Positions 56,425 to 64,000 of a stretch of 64,000 nt of DNA are shown piece after piece (the stretch's first letter is position 1; every line of letters starts with the position of its first letter). The DNA lies in assembly GCF_947568905.1 (NCBI RefSeq), contig NC_079167.1:44764001-44828000 (forward strand), read 5' to 3'. Position numbers and translations under genes: made by a program. Source of the DNA: Ostrea edulis. Lineage: Eukaryota. The notes below the pieces were generated by a model that had not been told where the DNA came from, searched no databases, and saw only the letters and a list, made by a program, of their open reading frames with translations.

Positions 56425-57930
56425 TTTCACTCGTGTGACACTCAAACAAACGGCCGTTTTCACGGCCACCTAATTCTTTCGAAAAGATGCCTTCATATTG
56501 CTCTTGATCAAGAAACTTGTCGTGAATAAAGTATGACTGAATGACATGCATAACCCTACATCCACAAACTACTTGACCCAAGTCTGGTAAATTTCTGTAA
56601 AATAAGAAAAGTTTTAACGCAACTTCAGTAATGAAACTAAATGCTGCGAATGTGAACACGTACAGCTATACTGTCAAAACAGTAGTATACATTGCAGAGC
56701 ATCAATTGTACACATGACAACAAATGCACATTGAAAATCCTTGTCAGCAGGAAAGTACACAACAAACTAGACAAACCTAGAGAATAGCTGTATAGAACGT
56801 ACTAAGAACGCATACATAGAGAAATCGGTAGTCTGTAGTACACACTAAAACAACCTACCTAATTCTAGAAGGGTCAGATACTACGGTATTTCATTCAACC
56901 AACTCTGGGCTTTTGAGGGCATGTAAAGCATGCATTAATAAGAGAAATTAAGGGGTTCAAATAATAGCTAGCATCAATAGCGCACGGAGAAATTCTATAA
57001 CAACAACAACAAAATATATAAATAAAAACCCAGATGTAGAAATATGTAGACGTTAGGGGGGTCATGATTATTTTGAGAGGTCAATGAAATCTTCACTTCG
57101 TATTACATTCTTGCGTATATAATGACAGAACATCGTATATTTCATTATGTTAATTCAAATCTTGTCTGAAATCAGTATTACACGTGTAACACCGTGTTAA
57201 ATGTGTGCAGTGCAGAAATGTGAACTCTGACAGTAATAATATATCGCCATGATTGTTATTTATTTATATTGTTGTAATTAATTACTAGTTAATCTGTACA
57301 CCCCCACCCCCTTGAGGGCCCTTAATTGATGAATTAACATATGTCATAACATTTTATATCAGGAGACCATACATACAATCTAACAAAGGGCTTGAATTTC
57401 TTTTTCAACTTGCACAGATATATTTCTTATTTTCAACATGTTGAGTAGAAATTTGCTTAGCTTGATTAATAATGGATTATCTTTATTATTTACCTTTTCT
57501 CTCCCTTTTTTGTTGTTGTTTTTTGGATATAGTATAGTAGACTTTCACAGTTGTGAGCCATGTTTTCATATTAATTACCCTAATAAAAAAAATGCTATTA
57601 TTGTGTGTTAATTAAAAGGAAAACAAAACGATGATTTAAAAAAAACAGAACAGAAACTAAGCTAGGAAATCTCAAATGTGTGCGCAGATTAAATATTATA
57701 TTCCTATCAAAATAAATAAATACTTGTATACTGTGCAAAAGAAATGTAAACAAACACAGGTAGGCGCGTTTAGCGAGAACCAATCACGATGTAGTTAACA
57801 GCGCTTCTTCGGACACGACAATCGACTAGCCGAAGTTTCAAGGTATAATGCGCTCTAACGGGTCGTCAATTAGGGCTATATAAACCAGCAATTTCTCAAT
57901 TTGTCAGGTCATTCAGCACTTGTCTATTGA

Positions 57931-58251
<321 letters not shown>

Positions 58252-60097
58252 ATACTCTTATCACCGTTTGTGCATCCCAGCGCAAAAACAAAACGGCCGT
58301 TATAACGGCCACCAAATTCTTTGAAAAGACGCCTCTATGAAACGTTATCAAGAGAAACGGTTACCCTGTATTGTACTTTTAGTTAACAAATTGGCATACA
58401 ACTTGTTACGAAAAGGTATGCAGTTTGTGGTTAACATGTTTCATTTGCAGTTAAGAGATTTCAATTTGATACTTGGATTTCTTTTCATATCAAGTAAATA
58501 GTCGGACTACACCACAACTTTGTAGGTTTATGTTCACAAACAACCAATTGATACCCAAGATCATTATTGAGCAGAAAGGCTGACCATGCAAATCCTATAC
58601 TCCCAATAAATTTACATTGTGAGCATTGTAATATATATCTCGCACACATTTATCTAGATGGATTGTTTATTTATCACACAATAACATAAATGATTTGGAC
58701 ACTTTACACATATGAAGGAGACAAAACGAAGACTTAAAAAAGCAGCTGATAATTGTGATAACCCCCGTATTACAAAATATCCCACGTGACTGTATACAAA
58801 GTACTAATTAGTACTATAGATATTTTAAAATGCATACCATGTAGGCACATGTTAAATTAAATTGATTATATTGTTATTGCTTCTTGTCGTCACAAATGTC
58901 CTACAAACATGTTTTTCTTTTTTCTTCTTCTTTTATACAAACTCGTTTATTGCTAGGAATGCTGAAATAGCAAACTCAAGACTTTCTATTTGGCAGATTC
59001 CTCTGTGGAAGGCAAAGTAAATGTAATATATGTTTTCATCTTAATTAACATCATTACATGGGTATCTAGTTTACCATTTGGTGACAGTTGACTTTCGTAA
59101 CATATGCATTTACTAATTCTGTACATTGTAACTGGAAAGTACTTGCAAACCGTGAGATATTGATGCGTGGCACACCTACACAATATAAACCAATACACAA
59201 TATGCAGTCGCATGAAAGATGTTGTACAAACTTTTTTTTTCCAAGATTGGATTCATAAAGAGACTTATCATTATCAATTCACCTATTAAGGGCCTGTTGG
59301 GGGGGACATGTGCATTTTTAAAATATAATCTTACACATGCGATTCAACATTTCATATAATAATATTGTGTGTATCTGTTTATTCTACATGTTTCTGTTTT
59401 CTATCCTTTAAATAGCATTGTGTGTTGCCTCTTGTTGATGTATCAGGCATATTATATATTGCACTAGGGAAAACACACATGCATCAACTGAGTACTGATC
59501 AATGCCTACATGCGAAACTTAAAATGCCTCCAATGAGTGTATTACTCTTTACTGTGTATTGTCTTTACTTGTATCAACAATTATATACTTTTAATTACAT
59601 GTTTATGCTCATTTATTAGCTGTCATTTGGGTGTTGGGTGCTGCAAAACTGATTTACTATTTCAATGACAGAAAATAATAAGACTTAGAAACTTTTTTGT
59701 TAATATCAATATTTCTCTATAATGCTATATATTCAACAGAGCCAAAATGTTTATTTTGATAACATCTTCCATCTTAGTTTCAATTTTATCAATGACTGGT
59801 TAAAGTTACAAACAAAGCTATCATAATAAGTGATGAAATGTATGCAGTTGAAAATGAACACAATGAGATATACATTTGTTTGTTTGATTGTGTATTCTGA
59901 ATGGCTCGTCTTGAATTCTATTTCAATATAGTACAGTGTGTAACACACATAGTACACTTGTGTATGCATATTTTGTAGATATGCAATGTCAACCAATAAA
60001 CGTTTCTCAATGCATTGTTATAAAAGGCATCTTTTCGAAAAATTTGTGTGGCCCTGAAAAGGGCCGTTTGAGTTTGAGGTTCAAGTCCTTGCTCAGT

Positions 60098-60469
60098 TTA
60101 CTTGCTGCTGGTGTACTTGGTGACAGCCTTGGTACCCTCAGAGACGGCGTGCTTGGCCAATTCACCGGGCAAGAGAAGTCGGACAGCGGTCTGGATTTCT
60201 CTGCTGGTGATGGTTGAGCGTTTGTTGTAGTGGGCCAGGCGGGAAGCTTCAGCGGCGATTCTCTCGAAAATGTCATTGACAAACGAGTTCATGATGCTCA
60301 TAGCTTTGCTGGAAACGCCAGTGTCTGGGTGGACCTGCTTCAGGACTTTGTAAATGTAGATGGCATAGGATTCCCTCCTCTTCCTGCGCTTCTTCTTGTC
60401 CCCAGTTCTCTGGGCCTTCGCCTTAGTGGCGGCTTTCTTAGCTCCTTTCGATCCGGCTTTAGGTGGCAT
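60098..60469 (-). CDS. H2B: Histone H2B
   Basis: Protein identical to unit 1. Confidence 0.98.
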   Translation of the reverse strand: MPPKAGSKGAKKAATKAKAQRTGDKKKRRKRRESYAIYIYKVLKQVHPDTGVSSKAMSIMNSFVNDIFERIAAEASRLAHYNKRSTITSREIQTAVRLLLPGELAKHAVSEGTKAVTKYTSSK

Positions 60470-60716
60470 GTTTACTAGTAAACTATGTGTGGAACAAATG
60501 GCCGCGCTGCTATTTATATTACACGGTCGGATAACGGCGGATAAGCGTATTACGGACCTCCTTGTAAACATTAATTCGTTCGGTGTTGCGCCAAGGTACG
60601 AGAAACATGATGGCCACGATTGGCTGGCAGTTGAATCCGACTGCGTGTTTAAAAGGGTTGATGTATTGCGTGCGAGGGTTATTCGTTGCTTTGATTTCGT
60701 CAGCGCACCGTATTGA

Positions 60717-61103
<387 letters not shown>

Positions 61104-61831
61104 AAAGTACAAAGTCTGCTTGCAGGACCTATAACAAACGGCCGTTTTCACGGCCACCAACCTTTTTTGAAAAGACACCTCTATAAGCATCGAAATGTCA
61201 AGAATGACAGTCTAATCTTACATTCAATGCTCACTGAGAAATGGGGATGACAATATTTGCAGTAATTCATACATTTCAAGGCGCAAAATAAATGAATGCA
61301 CGGCATGGGTTGCTATGTATTTGTTTGGGTTGTAATCGATAAGTAAGATTTACAAGAGAGAAGACATAAAAAAGCGCTATATAAATTGTCCTCACTCCTT
61401 TGGACTTCATTGAGAAATCATGGAAATACCAAAATGAAATGAGTTTTTATTTGCATTCTTTTTGTTTTTCTCAACCAGCTCTGTAGTTTGTCAATGGAAG
61501 AGTAAAACAAGGGTGCCAAAACTTTTGAAATACAGGGCGAGTGATCGTATAATCTTCACGTGGTCATTCTTGCTTTTAATTTACATAGACGAAAAGCCAC
61601 AAAGGAAATGATTTTGTACCAGTATGAATGTGAGAAATAGAGGTAGACATGGAGCTATCTGACATTAGATAGGGTGATCATGATGTGATGGGGCAATAAA
61701 AAAAAAAAATGGAAAGAGAACAAAATCTTTGGAGACGACATAGACGATCGCGATCCTGGTACATGGATTGTAAATATATCCGCAAACAAAATATCACTAT
61801 CTTGGCCGAATTGTTTTATCTCCGAAATATA

Positions 61832-62544
61832 CTCAATTTATTTATGGATTCACCAATCATGTTACACAATATGAGATATATAATGACAACAAACTAAATA
61901 CTAACAGTTCATTTACATGTATATGTAAATACAAGTATATATTTGACATGTACCTGTGATATTACACTGCATGTATATGCAATGTAGTATTGCATATCAA
62001 CATAAATTAAATGTAATTATAGCACTTTACTTTGGGTGCGCAATTCAAAACATTCATGTAAAAATTCACACAATCTTCTGACATGAACGACATTGACTGG
62101 GTTGCATAGTACTTTACAATGGTTTTCCTTTGATATATCATCATCTGAATTGTAGATGTTCAAAGGGTAATATTTCTTTCTTATATCTTTATACATGAAG
62201 CAGTCATATAAAAAAGAAAAGAAAAGTGTTTTTAAAAAAATACTGTAGTTTGTCGCAAAATGACGACTTTACTTATAAGCATGAGGAATTTATTTTTGGT
62301 TCATATAAATACTAAACATTTGTTGAAAATTTTCTGAATACATTCGATCCATGGGTTTTCGAACCCTTTTCCTCCGCAAATGGTATGCTCAAATATATAT
62401 ATATATCGTATTTATTTTAAACCTTGACGTATGCAGGAAAACGCCCTCCGTATAAACCGACAACTTTTTAATTCTTGAAAAACGATTTTCAATTTCGGTG
62501 ATTAATTTCACATGAACACGTTCGACTGAGTCTAGAAATTTCAC
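61832..62544 (-). mobile_element. RTEX-like LINE relic, unit 6 copy (3 SNPs, +4 bp in an AT microsatellite)
   Basis: Same sequence with variants; the 79-aa ORF is lost by frameshift. Confidence 0.65.
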
Positions 62545-62590
62545 ACTGGGTGTGACTGCATCCCGATTACTTTGTCCAACAAGTCAAACG

Positions 62591-63367
62591 GGTATACATG
62601 AAATGGTCTAACTCGACTTCTTTCTTTCGTTAGAAAATCAGATTCCCTCTCATTAAATAACACTCATTCGTAGACGAAAACGAGCCTACATACTATTGCA
62701 AAAAGAACTATTGATCCTGGCAAATGATCGAACTTTAAGAACATTAGAAATCATTGTATTGGCACCGTCCAAACGCAACGGACAGATACTACACACACGA
62801 CTGTAATTAGTACTCTTAAATCCCACCTATTCGCGAAACACATACATGTGATAGATAATCCATATTGTGCCTGTGGAAAAATCGAAACAACAACACACTT
62901 TTTACTTGAATAAATTTATTGATCCATTAAGACCAATAACTGTAAATATCCTTGTACATGGAGACTTTACTAAAAAAAAAATTCCTATATTAAAAATAGT
63001 TTCATTATATACATGTGCATCATCCAAAAGATATGTAGCTTAATCTCGTCGACTTCCGCTTTTATGCATGTGTAGAGTGGTGGAATTTCTTGTTTGGAAG
63101 TTATTGTATATCCATTTCTGATGAACTTAGGTCATAACATCTCTTCCAATGATGATCTATTTACTTGTTGGATTTTTTTCTTTCATTTTTCTTTACTTCC
63201 TCGTTGTCATTTTTTGTCATGTGCAACGGGCAAATGCACACTTACCATTCAAAGTTCAAACGGATTAATATAAGTGCCTATACAACTTGATTCCGAATCC
63301 TGTGTGCATATAACGTATTGTGTATATACATATATTGATTTATTCAAATGAAATAAAGTTTAAACTA
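62591..63367 (+). mobile_element. CR1/L2-like LINE relic, unit 6 copy (3 SNPs, +1 A)
   Basis: Same sequence with variants. Confidence 0.75.
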
Positions 63368-63720
63368 ATTTTTTTTTTTTTATCACCCCATACGTACGTT
63401 TTATCGCCTGCTTATAGGATAAACCTGATTTTTAAGATTGTTTTAATTTGAAACCTCTTTGTTTTATCGAAACCTTTTAAACAAACAGAGCTATTACTAT
63501 TTAACAGAAAAGTATAGGCAAATCGTAAGCATGTCCTGAAACCTTTCCCGAGTTTGGATCATGTGTCACCTTCTGAAACTTCAATTGATAATATAGCACC
63601 TAAATTTATCATTTCTTTTACATTTTTGATGGTATGTGCGTATTGTGTACAGCTCAATATAAGTGAATTGATCCCTACTCACAAAGTAGCGTAAAAGTGG
63701 CTCTATATATCATATATATA

Positions 63721-64000
63721 CAGTGTGCGAAATTAACCATGGACCGATAGGCAATGTCTATAGAAAATCGAGTCGGTCTATAACAATCAAAATAGCTATA
63801 GACCAACTTGTCTATAGGAATTCTGAGTAAATAACTGGTTCCCTGTTGCTTATTTAACATATATATGAGAAGCGGGGCCAGTTTATATGTAGTACGCCAA
63901 TGTTTCTGTTTACCCCTTAGCTGTAATAAAATGTTCCCCAATGTAATTACAAATCATTCGAATCAGATTATTCAATTTGATATTTACTTCAATGCACGCC
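63721..64000. mobile_element. 710-bp TIR element, unit 6 copy (cut by window end)
   Basis: Left TIR CAGTGTGCGAAATTAAC at 63721. Confidence 0.8.

Overview
Eukaryotic tandem array of replication-dependent histone genes. The H1/H2B sequences, AT-rich spacers and TE relics suggest an invertebrate, probably a bivalve mollusc (inference). There are five complete units of 12,136-12,137 bp plus a partial sixth, each ordered H2A(+), H1(+), H3(+), H4(+), H2B(-); H2B and the next H2A share a 253-bp divergent promoter. All genes are intronless and end in a 16-nt stem-loop followed 12-13 nt later by a GAAAAGAYRCC downstream element. Only about 17% of each unit is coding. The spacers carry co-amplified passengers: two back-to-back non-LTR retrotransposon relics, a 710-bp TIR element with subterminal repeats, and a 139-bp foldback with perfect 40-bp arms. 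The most interesting signals are: gene-specific non-canonical stem-loops; a second positionally conserved element (RAGAAAY) beyond the HDE; an 18-bp H4-site-II-like element shared 17/18 by the H1 and H2B promoters; a 19-bp motif found once in each of three spacers; two linked unit haplotypes in the order A-B-A-A-B; and an abrupt switch to a more divergent unit type after about 62,000. I saw no rRNA, tRNA, snRNA or CRISPR. All comparisons were made by eye; no database searches or alignments were run.
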